Assembly (NCBI RefSeq): GCF_025526975.1
Contig: NW_026515687.1
Span: 62,001 to 126,000, forward strand
Direction: 5' to 3'
DNA length: 64,000 bases
DNA from: Fimicolochytrium jonesii
Lineage: Eukaryota
Under the pieces are notes generated by a model, which had not been told where the DNA came from, made no database searches, and worked only from the letters and a program-made list of their open reading frames with translations. Shown here piece after piece: positions 14,318 to 27,085 of this stretch. Position 1 is the stretch's first letter. Every line of letters starts with the position of its first letter. Both the position numbers and the translations under genes were made by a program.

Positions 14318-16903
14318 CTACTTTTTCTTAAACTCCAAGCTAACCTTCCTCCACACCCTCTTCACAATGGACCCCTTCCTCTTCGCCGGTTCGGCTTTGG
14401 CCGGGGATCCTGCTTCGGGAATGTTTTCGACGGAGGGCTTGTACTTGATGCCGCTGTTGCTGGAATGCCCTGCTTGTTTTTCTATTTCGGCTTCTATGGC
14501 ATCAGCTACGATTCCAGTGAGGCTGCCTTTGCGGCCGATGGGGGTGGCGACGTCCGATCCTGCGGGTGTCGCCTGGGGAGTTGCTCCGTTTGTTTGTGCT
14601 GGCGGCGGGGCAGCGGGTGTTGCGGGAGTCGATGTTACGGGAGTGGCCACGCTGGAACCGTCCGGGGCGAGTTCCGTCGACTCCTGAACGGGTACGGAAG
14701 GCTTGGTCGGTTCCGGCGTTGTTGGAGTAGCAGGCTCGTCAACAGGCTGTTTTGCGGCTTTGTCGTCTGTCTGCACAGGTTTACCCCTATTTGGAGGCGT
14801 AGAAGGAGGTGTAACCTCTAAGCCGTCCTTAACAGCCGGTATCGAGGTTTCTGATGCGGCATCCTTCTTCGTCGTTGTGGCAGGAGCATCGACATCGACA
14901 GCCTTGCTGGAATCATTCAAAAGCGAAGGGCTGGACGATGTCGTCGGTTCCACTCTGGGTTGCGGTCTTGGCCGATTACGTCTTCCGGAGGCAATCAAAG
15001 TCACAGTATCATCCAAAGCCACTTTGACCCCGTTTGTAGTGCCATCAAGGGCGAAACGCGGAGACGCATTGTTCACCTTTGGGCTTGGCGATTCTGACGA
15101 TTGCTCGGATGCGGCGGCGTCGTTGGGCATCGGGCGGAGGTTGTAAAGCGCGGCGCTAGCTTTCGCTGCCGCGTTTTCTGGTGCCGCACGGGTCAGTGGC
15201 GTCGTGTGCCTATGTATTGGATCAGGGACGTCCTCAACTTCGTCTTTGGGAGACGAGAGGCTTTCCAACTCTGCGCCGTCGCGTTCTTCGTCAGCCGTAG
15301 GGTCCTTAAGTGGCACGGTCGAAGCATCACCGTCGCCCAAATCTTCGTTGCTATTGCTGTCGTCGGTAGGATCCTCGAACTCGTCTTCTGTGTCTTCCTC
15401 GGTGTCCTCATCTTCGGATAGTGATGCTCTCCTTCCATTTACGGGCGGCGTACTACCCACCGACCGTCCTGCGAGTCGCCTCGTGGCGCGAACAACAGCC
15501 AGAATGTCTTCGGGAGAAAACGAGAAGTTTGCCGCGGTGCTTGAACCCTCGCCCTTAGCCTTCATCTGTACGTCCTGTTTGGCAAGCTCCTTCAGCCACT
15601 CTGCCTCTTTCCATTCCAAAGCATTTCCATCCTCGTAATCGAATCCCCACTGAGCAGCGCTTTCGCGGATGACTTCTCGTTTGAGGACAAGCTCATCCCA
15701 TCGGACGGATTTCGGTGGCGATGAGGTACCAGCCTCCTGAGTCGGTAAGGAGCCAACTTTCTGCAGTGTCTCGGTGAGGGTGGTGACCAGCGTGCGTACT
15801 TGCTCTCCTGCGGCCCAGAGTGCTGCCTGCAGAGACGATCGTTCCTGCTGCCATAATGTCTCACGACTAGCTAATGCGCCGATCATGACTTTTGCAGCGT
15901 CCAGTGCGTCCGATTTGTTGACGTCTCGTGGCGACCCAGTCGATTCGCCACTTCGGACGGTGACCTGCCCATTGGAACTCCCACTGGCGTCTCCCTCCTG
16001 CCCCACAGGCGACGCGCCGCTAGACGTGTCAGCCAAGAAAGGCACGTCGCCTCCATGTCTTCGTAACAGGAGGCGGAACGAGTCCCAATCTCGAAGATCA
16101 GACAGAAATGCGGGAAGCACGTTGGGATTGCGGACGAGCTTTTCCGCCAAAGGGTCTACGAGATCCGCCTCCACGACTTTGGTTTCGGTGGCAGATATTT
16201 CCGATGTTTCAGGGGAATCGGCCGTCGTCTGCCAAGACGAATCCCCGTTTCCGTCAGCTAACACAGTGTTTGCAAACTGCTTAAAGCGGAGACCATCAGG
16301 CGCACTCTCCTCCCAAAAAGCTCGCAGGACTCGGAGGGCATCTCTCGTCCGTCGTTGCGCCTCTGCGATAGACCCTGCGTCCTCTCCTATCGACCACTCC
16401 ACTCGACGGTCGCCGTCATAGCCAGGAAGTGATCCGGCACGCTGAGCGGTAATGTTTATGCGGAGGTACGTAAGAGGCATCGCTAGTTCCTGCTCTCACA
16501 CTCAACACTCGGTGGGAGCTCCAGGTAACGGTGCCGACAGAAAGGCTACCTGACGAAAAGGCTGACTGACGCGAGGGACGTAACAGACTGTTCGCTTGTT
16601 CGCAACGTAGCAAAACAACACCTGAAAACCAAAGGTGGCTTGCCGTCTCCGAGTGTTCACAAACGTCCTAGCACCTACAAATTCGGCGCGGAGTAGCTTC
16701 AAAGTACTGGTGACTTCGACCGGCGGCGATATGAGACGAGCCCTTGACAAGGAATGCCGCGGACTGCTTGGTTCTGGAGGAGTTGGAGGCGAGGACTGGT
16801 CCAGAACTCGGAATGGTGGGTGTGTGTGAACCTGAGGTTCCTTGCTTTTTCCCCAGACGGGAAAGAAAGTGCAGTACTTTTGGGCAAATCCCGTGTCCAA
16901 CAT
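14318..16903 (-). CDS. Hypothetical protein: beta-rich N-terminal domain, coiled coil, long acidic/Pro-Thr-rich disordered tail
   Basis: 720-aa ORF 14318-16480 joins ORF 16502-16903 in frame through a short intron (...PFRQ|ELAMPLTYLR..., donor GTAGCC near 16549, acceptor GCAG near 16490). No family recognised. Confidence 0.7.
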
Positions 16904-17375
16904 GGAGTGAGGCCGAACCTTTTCCTCAGAGGTGGGAAGTTCAAGTTTACTGTACGTAATAAATGGAATTATTATTAGCCGCCAATTGGAGGCATCGCCC
17001 CCGCGCCCGCCCCCCTTTGCTCAAGTCAGTGTCACAAGCCTGTGATGCTCCCATGTGAAACCGTCGCTACTATGAGTCACCCACGGTAACTTATAGCGTT
17101 TGGGGAATTCATTTTCGACGGCGACACTCTTTTTCGCACGTGGACAGGATATGGCATTGATGACTCCAGCCAAGTATACTTAGCAGATATAGCCCGCATC
17201 CAAGGGAAATTTGCGAGAAATCGCTCCGAGGGACGCGTCGAGGCCTAAAAATCGGCCCGAGGCTTGGACTATTTGCAAGGCCAAGACAAGGCCCCAAGGA
17301 TCGATTTGAGCGATTTCCCGAGAGGACAAGGGTTATATCGTATTTATCGCACACACCGTACAACAAATATTCTGC

Positions 17376-19327
17376 TTAAGATTTATAGTTGACACAGTTG
17401 ATAACAGTCATGTGGCCAACCTTTGCATTGGCCAGGAAACTACCAAAGCTACAGGCTACATGGGCTGCATCTGATTCTACTCCGTCAGGAAGTTTGGATG
17501 CTTCATCAGCATCATCCGCATTGGCTGATTTGGGCCTGGCAGGAATCTTGACCTTCAACCGCTTGATAGGAGACTTGGCGGGATGCGCCATGGTGCTGGC
17601 TTTCGTCTCGGTAGCCGTCCAGGAATTGATGGTTTGCGTGCCAACAATGATGGGCAGCTCATTCTCCTTTCTTTTGGCACTTGTTGGATCGAGCACTTTA
17701 GCGACAGCAAGGCGATGAGTTTCCTTCATTCGAGAGTACGAGGCAAGGCCTGCGGCGCTGCGGTGTCCTGAAGTTTTCTGGGTGATATCCTGATGGACCC
17801 CAGCTTCAAGAAGTGCCGTAATTGCTGTGGCGCGGCCAGAGTGCGGGACAAGCTTTCGGTGGTTGCAATCGATTCCAGCCTGAATGAACGCTTCTTTCAA
17901 CCACTTTGAGATGGTATTTTTGCCAACGGGGGCATCGATGTACCATTTGCCGGATGCCAAGAGGTTTTTGGCTGAGTTTGCACGGACAAAGAATCGTGAA
18001 GTGTTCAGTCCAGAATGCTTCTCAAGGTATTTCCGAATGTCGGCAGAGGGTCCTGATTGCCCAACGGTGAGCGGAGTGACATCGACTCTAGCAACGAGGC
18101 CTTTAGCACGGCGGTGAGGTAGGCAGGGATATATAGATGTATTATGGGTAAAGAAGAAAAGAGAAAGCCGGCGCAGTCGCGCGCGAATATGTACAAGTAG
18201 AAAAATCCAACAACAAGTCATGTGACCAAGGGATATAAACTAGCTACTGGGTTAGGGTTACCGCGTTACCGCAGGGAGCTAGGGTTGCGGGAATATGACT
18301 CGGCTCCCCACCACACCACAGCGGCCGCCCTGGTGATTCGTTTCGACGGTCATGGTTCTCTCAAAATAGTACTCCCCAGCAGCCATCATCTTCAGCTTCA
18401 GATCTGGAACCTCCATGTGGCTTGCCTCTCCTCTGCGCTCAACGAGGAAGACTGACAGGTAGAGGTAAACGCGGTGGAGAAGGCCTTCCGGCGTGTCCAC
18501 CGAGCAGAAGGCTGAACCCAGCATAGTGCGAAATTCTTCAAGGCTGAGGTCAGAGGCTGCGTTGGTCCCACCATTGCCCATCTTCTGTAAGTTGGCCATC
18601 CTCACGTTGAGAATAGTACGTGCACCACGGAACTCAGTGTCAGACTGAATATTGACAACCCGGTTGTTTTCCTCCCCTTTGAGTTTGAGATAGCGGCCAA
18701 GACTACCAAAGCCAGTATCCAAGCTGGAGTCACGAAACTCTTCCCCATTGTCCATTTTGACCTGAATGATGAAGGCCTCCAAGTCCTAGATGGTTTGCGT
18801 GAAGTAGGTATCAGCTTTGAGGTCAAACAAATGGACCGTGCGGAAGCAGTGTGGGTTCTCACCTTGTTCAATTGAGCAACGTTGACAGTGCCATCTTCAT
18901 AGGTCAAGTGGCACTCTTCCTTGTACTGGTTCCATTTTTTGACCCACGTCTTTGTAGAGCGGACGGTGTTTGGGTTGTTGTCTGCCTCCTTAATCCTCTG
19001 TATCTCCTCCTCGGACAACGGTGGAAATCTCGGCGCAAGATTCCCAGGAATCAGCTTCCTCTTCAAAGGCAAAGTGATGGCAATGGTATCGTCAGGGCCT
19101 GGTTTGCAAGGCACGGCACTGGGCTTATGGTCCTGGTCCTCAGCCTCCTTCGACATTCTCTGAGTGTAGTCCCACTCTTCCTGAAGCCGGTCAAAGGAAT
19201 TGCGGCGGCCTCTATTGTAGACTTCAGGCTCTGGCTCTTCCTGGCCTGCGGGGAACTGTGAGAGGGCCTCCTCTGCCTCCATTGGAGTGAGGATAGGGTA
19301 GTGATCATCACCCATGTCAGACAGCAT
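17376..19327 (-). mobile_element. Crypton-type (DUF3504-like) tyrosine recombinase gene, interrupted by a solo LTR
   Basis: Motifs NNPNTVRSTKTWVKKW, RRGE (catalytic R), NHQGG, HSGRAT (HxxR) and SGHRS...Y (H, Y). Intron 18786-18862. The frame is restored when 18115-18320 plus one TSD is removed. Element ends not located. Confidence 0.85.
18115..18320. mobile_element. 206-bp solo LTR-like insertion with 4-bp TSD GCGG
   Basis: Begins TGAGG, ends CCACA (TG...CA). Flanked by GCGG at 18111-18114 and 18321-18324. Contains TATA-like boxes. Confidence 0.8.
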
Positions 19328-20354
19328 GTCGGAGGTTGGGGTGCTGATTGCAATGCTGATCTCAAGATCTGGGACGTAAGTTGGCAAGGCCGGGGTGACG
19401 ACGGGAGACGTGGGTGTACCTTGGCTGTCGCGAGTGCCAAAATCCAGGCTGCCCCTCAAGCGATTGGCTTTGGTAATGTTCTTGAATTGAATTGCCCAGT
19501 CCTGTGTTTTCAAAAACAGATGTACATACAACCACGTACTGCTGGTCCTGGAATAGCACTGGTGTGCTATTCCAGCGCATAGGTGCGTCGCAAAGTTGGT
19601 GCTATTTGACTTTCGAATAGCCCTGGTCTCCAATAGCACCGGTGTGCGATAACATGTGCGCTTGTACATAACTGAGTTTTGATGAGTGCAGGCTTGTCAA
19701 TATACAGTACAGCGATGAATGCATTGCCATAAAAAATGCAACTTGCTCAACGGATAGTGTTGGGCATTCGGCGCTGAACAACAGTTCCAACGGTACTCGG
19801 ATGCACGAATCTTGACAGCACCGCAGCACGTGAATAGGGTAACCAGAGGGGCGGGACATCCTTGACAATTGATGCCAGGATACCACCTGCGACCAGGCAA
19901 TCCATGAGCCCGGGTTGATTCAAGAAAAAAAGAGCTTCTCGTGATGATGGCGGATGAATATCGATCGGCAAAGATGATGATCGCGTATACTATACACTTC
20001 GTATAGAGCGCGCGGTAAGCGGACGAGGGGAGGGCCATTCCCTTCACCCGTTCCAATCGAATGCCAAATAGTACCATTCCATTCATAATTCACGGTCAAG
20101 TTTCCGCTTCCATACCGTCCCTCGCGCGAGAGACACAACACCCCAGCCGTGGGACTTATTAGTACATACTTACGCCGAAAGCCAGAAACGACCGTTGCCC
20201 CTCGTGGAGAAAGCCCCTCACCTCACCGACGATCGTTATACAGAAAGCGCTGTTGACGAGCTCCGAATCCACTCTAGCCTGGTTTCCCAGGCACACCGCG
20301 GAGCATCTCCCTGAAATCAGATTCCCACGGGACTTTTGCGCAAGCGGACCGCAA

Positions 20355-23300
20355 ATGTCTCGACTGCCCACATACCACTACCATGGGTCTTCGGCTTCCA
20401 ACAGTCCCAATAGCCGTGAGCAGCAGTCTCAATACCCTGGCCCATACCCGTACGGCCAATATCCGCCGGCATATCCGACACATCAGCCAAACCACCCACA
20501 TTCCCACCCAGGCGCGCCAATGCCATACCCCGCTCCGTATCCTCCCGCATTAGCGGGCCACCCCATGTATTCCCATCAAGATCTACCAGGCCACCTTGCA
20601 GACCCTCATAGGCAGTTTCCCTCTGGCTATCCTCCCCCCTCGCAACCTTACCCGTCGCGGCACGGGAGACCAACGAACTTCAACCCAGAATTCCAAACGT
20701 ATTCAGGGGAAGATCAACAGAACTTGCGCTCTGCGGAAAAAAGTCAATCGGCCGAGGACATAGACGGACCAGGTGGGGCTTTGGGAAGACATCCGTCTGA
20801 CGATAGCCTCACTGCGAGCGATACGCCTGAAGCAAAACCTCTTGCGAAAGGCGACAAAGCACAGGGAGGAAAGGCGGACGTAAAAAGTGCAAATCCTGCA
20901 CAGGAAACCAATAAGGAAGCGGATGGGGATGCGTCAGACGAGAAAGCTGCATTCGGAGAGACCACCACGGCAACTTCGGGCACATCGACCGGGGTCCCAG
21001 ACTTTGTGAGAAAATTATTCCGGTAATTTTGGAGTCTTCTTGCTATCTGCACACACGCTCATCGCATTGACTCTCATCGTCATCTTTTCATAGCATGTTG
21101 GAAGACTCTACGGAGACCGACATCGTTACATGGGGTGTAAAGGGGGATACATTTGTGATCAAAGATCCGAATGAATTTGCGAAGGCGGTGCTGCCAAAAC
21201 ACTTCAAACACAACAACCCGGCCAGTTTCGTCCGGCAGTTGAACAAATATGGGTTTCACAAAATAAAGAGTCAGGACGATGGACGGCTTTACGGTGACTC
21301 GGTAAGTCTTCCGTTAGCGGTCCGATTTCTTTACCCAACGCTGACCTGATTTCAACTCGTTCATCAGGCGTGGGAGTTCCAGCACCCGAACTTCCAGTAC
21401 AACAAACGCGAAATGCTGGACTCGATCCGAAGGAAGACCTTGATAAAAGGGAAATCAACGACGAACGCCGCGTGCCCCACAACCGTTGCAACCGTGGACA
21501 ATCTGGCAAACGAATTTCGCCGGGACACGACTGATCTGCAATCGCAAGTCAATAGCTTGGCTAAAGTGCAGGGTGACATAGCCGCCTATTTGGAGAGTTT
21601 GAGTCGGAACTACATGATGATAGTGGAGGAAGTGCTGAGCTTCCGGAAAAACATGATTGCACAAGATCAAGTAATTCGCAACCTGGTGGGATATATTGCA
21701 GACAATCAGCGGCCAGGTAGGCTCATGTCGCAGGTATTGCTGAAGCGTTCTATCGAGGCTGACTTCCATATTTCTCCTCCAGATACAGACAGGAGTAAGC
21801 TGATGAATTTCTCGCGCCCCGAGCTGCCTACGTCGTCAATGGCTGCAGCCCTCCCTGGTATAGGCGGGTTTCCGTCCCTACCGGCTCCGTCTGTAGATGC
21901 CGGAGGACCCGGCAATGTGTCCAGCGGTAGCTCAAACGACGCACTCCAGGAATTCAATAAGACTTACCAGGCAGTTGCGCGAGCGAGCTTTCACCAGATG
22001 GACGAGATCAGTCGCCATGTCAAGGAGGCATACGGGTCAGTGCAGAACCCGCCCGGTTCCGTTGAGGAGACGGTGGGGTCAGCGCCATCCACTAGTGCCG
22101 GTGCGCCAGCGGGGTCGATAAACGACTCCATCCGAGACACCGCGGCCGTCAGCGCCGCATTGAATGAGCACTTTGGTGAACTTCAAGACCAGAACGGCGG
22201 CTTGACCGTGTTCACAGTCGGAGGGCTCACGCCAAGACGGGAGGAGCCAGTTGGACCGTCCAACGGAAATGCTGGACAATGTAAGAGTGTCAGGGTCACC
22301 CGAGCGACGTTTGTGCCCCCATGGTCTGTGCCGCCAAAGGTTTTGCTTGTAGAAGACGACAGTACCTGTCGGAGGTTGTCCAGCAAACTGCTCCAAATCT
22401 TTGGTTGTGCATTCGATGTGGCTGTTGACGGCTTGGATGCGGTCGAGAGGATGGGAATTGGTAACAAATACGATATTGTGCTCATGGTAAGTAGGCGAAC
22501 TTCGATTCTTCAGCTCCGTAATGTCGATGTTGAACTGCTCTTCGCAGGATATCGTGATGCCGAATCTCAACGGAGTCGCCGCAACAAATCGCATTCGGCA
22601 ATTTGACCGAACAACACCCATCATTTCGATGACGTCCAACACAACGGCAAACGATTGCCTCACATATTTTGCGAATGGAATGAACGATGTGCTTCCGAAG
22701 CCTTTCAACAAGGATAGCATGCTTTCTATGATTGAAAGGTTGGTATTAACATGATCATTCTGTTTAGCGGGTAGACTGATGTGACTGATCGCCCTGATTT
22801 GTAGGTATTGTAATCACCTTGTCGGCCAGCAAGCTGCCGCAATGGGCATTCCAAAGGCCATTTGCGCCAGTGATGGCTTCCGACCGAATGACTGGGAGAG
22901 AGGGTCTGGACGGATATTCGAGATGGAGAATCAAGATGGATACCCGTCATCGTCGGGGAATGGATCCCATGCCCAAACTTCGCACGTCGGAACAAGCTGC
23001 GCATCAGCTCCTCCGGCTGCTGATGCCACCACGGCAGATTACTCCAATCTGCTCAACCTTCCATTCGCCGAAATGCCCGAATTGGGAGCGGGCGGATTCG
23101 GCACCTTGGGCGACAACCCATTCATGAACACACTGGAGAGGGACACGTTTGCAACTGCTGGCGGTCAGCGTGCATCTCAACCGCAACACCCACAACACCC
23201 ACAACGACAACCACAACAACAACAATTCTCGTTGTCACCATCCCCAGACGTCGACAACACACCGTCCCCGCAGGTCGTCGCGGAGCTGGGCATGGGCGCG

Positions 23301-23486
23301 TTCGCATCATCCGGCATCTACGGCCACCCCTCCGGCGGCGCGCCAACCAATTTATCGCGAGAATCCGTCGCGAATAAACGATCATATGACGGTGCGGGGC
23401 AGCAGGACCAGCATAACCTCCACCCGCAATCGGCAGACAACGAAAACCCGTATACCAGGTCGTTCAAGCGCGCACGAGGTACATGA
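20355..23486 (+). CDS. SKN7: Skn7/Prr1-like response-regulator transcription factor (HSF DNA-binding domain + coiled coil + receiver domain)
   Basis: HSF motif FVRKLFRML...[24 protein letters not shown]. Receiver VLLVEDD...[14 protein letters not shown]...KPF. Introns 21023-21093, 21302-21367, 21717-21782, 22487-22547 and 22739-22804. Confidence 0.92.
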
Positions 23487-23924
23487 GCGCCAAGCGAATA
23501 GTGAACAAACATTCCAGCATCAGACGATTGCCCTCCCCGTTACGTTGCTCCATCGATTGATATGTGAATGGAGTGTACGCCGGCGCCGGGCCTCACTTGC
23601 GCACCTTCGATATTTTTTGGGATCTTTCTCTACTTCTTGTCGGGTGTTTTTCCACCCTGTATCCTTCCCTTTGTGTTTGTCATTTAGTGTTCTGTAGGAT
23701 GTGCGGCTATACCCTCGCTCCTTCCTTCTTTACTTAAATACATGATTACTACAAGTGTATTGATGCAGGACTCTCGTGCACGTCCCATGTACGTAGTTAA
23801 ATGCCAAACTATGTGCAAGCCGACATGTGATACATATCTGTGGATTTTGAAGACACGAATCAAGTACGCCGGGGGAACTACGTATGAGCTGAATGAGCTT
23901 TCCACGAAGTCCAAAGGGCAGCCA

Positions 23925-26620
23925 TCACACATCTCGCAACGGGTGACTTGCAGATTCCCCCGTTCTGAGAAACTCAAACGCGCGCTTTTCAAAACGAATT
24001 AACCAATGAGAAAGCAGAAAAAACAAGCGGGAGAAGGACAAAGAACGAATAAGCCCATAACACGAAAGGAAGGGGCCAATAATACGCAGTTCGCCTTCCG
24101 TACCTGCTGAACACCAATATCCCCCGCCCGCCTGCACTCGCCCACAAGATCCCAGAGATCTGCCGGGATCTCGTAGCCGCGCGCCATCAGCCTATTGATG
24201 CAGTATAGGAGCTGCATGATTGCTAGCGTTGTTGATGATGCTGTCGTGGGTGGAGTTTTTCTGGAGGAGGTTGTCGTGGTCGTATCTGGGATGGCGGGAT
24301 GGGGTAAACAGTGGCGGGAAGGGGTTGCAGGTGAGTAATGAGACATGTTACGGCGTGAACAACATGCAAAAGGCGTACATACCGTTACTGAGCGCCCTTT
24401 GAAGGACGTTGGACAATGCCGCAAATATCTGTGATGTTGACGAAAGGTACTCTGCGATGACCTACGACGCCCAGATCACATATTTTGAATCACTCTAATC
24501 TAACCGGGACAAGACTGGCACTCCGCAAACCTACCCAAGTGACAAACGACAGCAGATTGATTTCTCGCACGTCCAATTCAAGTAGTGAGTTGCGGCAGAA
24601 CGCGTCCAAGGCAGGTATGGTGGCCGCCGATAGTGGATTTCGGGAAATGGTTTTGGTCAGTGACGAAATGATCCCACGTCGTGAGCCGTCCGGAAGGAGG
24701 GGCAATAGTTGAACAGCATGCGTAATGTATTGTTGTTGATCTGTGTGCAAGGAGAGTGTCAGCCGCCTTTGAACAATGGGGAACTATGGACGTCCGCAGG
24801 AAAGAAGGTACCCAATGTGGGAATGCTATCAAGCACATCCATGGCTTTTGCGGTAAGCCGTTCCTTGAAGGCAGTATCATCGCTCGTTTTGACGATCTTT
24901 AGTACTTGGCTGAGGACGGCCTCGTAAGTGGCTTCTGACACGGTTCCCATGAGTATATCCAAGGCCTGCATCATCGCCATCAGTTTCTCATCGCCACGCA
25001 TCCCTCCATCGATGGATCATCCGCCGATATCGGAAAGTCACCTTGCGCTGTATAGTCTCATCTTCACTCTCCAGCCCTTCCTCTACAACAGCTCGGTGCA
25101 AGCCCACAGCTTCCGGATCCAGTTTCGCCCACATCTCCAGCCCCCAAAGACCCACATATCGCAGATTGTGGTTTTTCGATCCGAGTAACTGCGATATGGA
25201 TCGCCACGGTAAGGATGGAGGATCTCTCGTTAGTGGCGGTACTAACGAACGGACGGTGGGCTTGGTGACTAGGTGGTCCAGCCCCCGTATGCAGGCGTAG
25301 GTGACAGCGTAGGATGCTTCACCACCCTTTGATGCACGTTCCAGTGTTTCCAGTATGATTGTGTAAATTTTCTGATTTGTGCTGTTTGTAGGGCCATCAG
25401 TATATAAGTAGAGCATGTGCTAGGACATTGCATGCTCCTAGCTCCCAACATACGCTTGATCGTCATTGTCCAGCAATGTAATGATCTCGAGAGTCCGTAT
25501 CAAAACCCAAGGCGCTGGGACACCATGGAAGTCATGTGTGCTTGATAGTCGGCCCGCGATCGCCTGCCGCTGGATGTGGATGAACGCATCCAATAAAGGC
25601 AAGCATTTCGCAGGATCAATCTGGCAACAATGCATGAGCATCAGCATTGAGATGGATTGAACAGCAACTTACGGTGCCTGCGAACCTGCGCTGCATGAAG
25701 ATAGACGCTCAACGTCGCTGCCATGACACTCGGATCCGCATCGGCCAACGTCCGCTTTAAGCGCTTCATCTCGAATGTAATCAGATGCGGGGCTACTCTG
25801 AATAGCCTTCGCAAAGCTGTAACGGCGCTTTTTCTGACTAGGAGACTGTTTCCGGCGGCGATTCCATAGACAGGTTAGAAGTGTGAAGCATGACGATCTT
25901 GGAACAACCAAATTACACACACTCTTCATGACGGAGACATCCGGTCACCATGGGCAGTAAGGACGGGACCATGTCTGTGCTTGCGATGGCGCTCACGACT
26001 TTGAGTGCCATTGCTATTATGTCTTGATTATCACTGGCCAAGTCCTGGGATGCATGGCATCAGTATATGGCCATGGGAGCAGATATCAAGATGTGCCTAC
26101 CCTTTGTATGGTATTGACCATCAAAAGATTGAGCTCATGATCCTCGTGCAAGAACATTGATACACAAAGATATCCTTGGGAGCGCCCACAATCCTTGTTA
26201 GAAGGATCTTCTCATCCAGGAAAGCGGACCTGTGGGCTAACCGATGTGCTTCTCAAACAAGGTCTGCGCGTCCTGGACCAGCGTGACAGCCTTGATATGT
26301 GCAAACTCTGCCGTACTGTATCCCATCGTCTCGCCGTAAAGACACAATGCCAGCAGCTCTGCAGTTTTGGCCTTCAACAGCTGTCCGTCAGCCTCCAATC
26401 GCTTCGCACCATGTGCGTGAGAACGTAATGTCATGGACGCTACCGATGTGAGATCATTTGCACCTAAGTCGATCCGCAGTGAGTTGACTTCGCTCGCCAG
26501 AAGGTCTCGTTCTTGCTGGGCCGTCTTGGCGCCTGCGACAGACCGGAGGAACCTCCTAAATCGCGGGCTGAACGAACGGTTTTCGCGACCGTTAGCTCCC
26601 GGAGATGCCTCCCTCGACAT
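23925..26620 (-). CDS. AP4E1: Adaptor complex large subunit, AP-4 epsilon-like (multi-exon)
   Basis: Adaptin_N motifs FRRFLRSVAGAKTAQQERDLLASEV, LYGETMGYSTAEFAHIKAV, FEKHIGYL, HDFHGVPAPWVLI, NHNLRYVGL, DETIQRK and terminal QQ|RAFEF. Not all exon boundaries resolved. Confidence 0.78.
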
Positions 26621-27085
26621 TGCGAAAGTTGCTTGAGATTTAGCTAATAGCCGATGCTTTCAAGGTCTTCAAGCCCGTTCCCAGGTCCTGCTCCTGCTAT
26701 GAAACAGTGTGGGTATGAAGTGAAGGACGTCCACAGACGTTCAAATCCACAATCCAAGCGTCAAAGACACTTAGGCAGAGCAGGAATAAAAAAGGGCCAC
26801 GCATCACGCAGCTGGTGAGGCAGGGTGAGGGGGGTGAATTCAAATCGAGAGACGCGCCGATGTCCGAAAGCCTCGAAGGGGAAATCCATCCGAACGGCAC
26901 ACTCCCACCAGCCACGATTAGCACACCCCTCCACACCCTGCCCCAATCCCTATCAGAGGTTCAGAAGGAAAGCCGTGATCTGGAAAGGGCATCGTTGCTG
27001 AATGTGGCCGACGTGGACGAGTTCCGGCATCCAATACCAAAAACGCGAGGAAACCCAAAACATCCCAGAGCCTGCAAGCGTCGAG

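Noticed and set aside
18248..18260. GGGTTAGGGTTA as a telomeric repeat
   Set aside because: Only two units, inside a solo LTR.
17376..19327. Crypton recombinase as the mobiliser of the Fanzor island
   Set aside because: It is separated from the island by 10 kb and three host genes, and Cryptons do not make TIR/TA ends.
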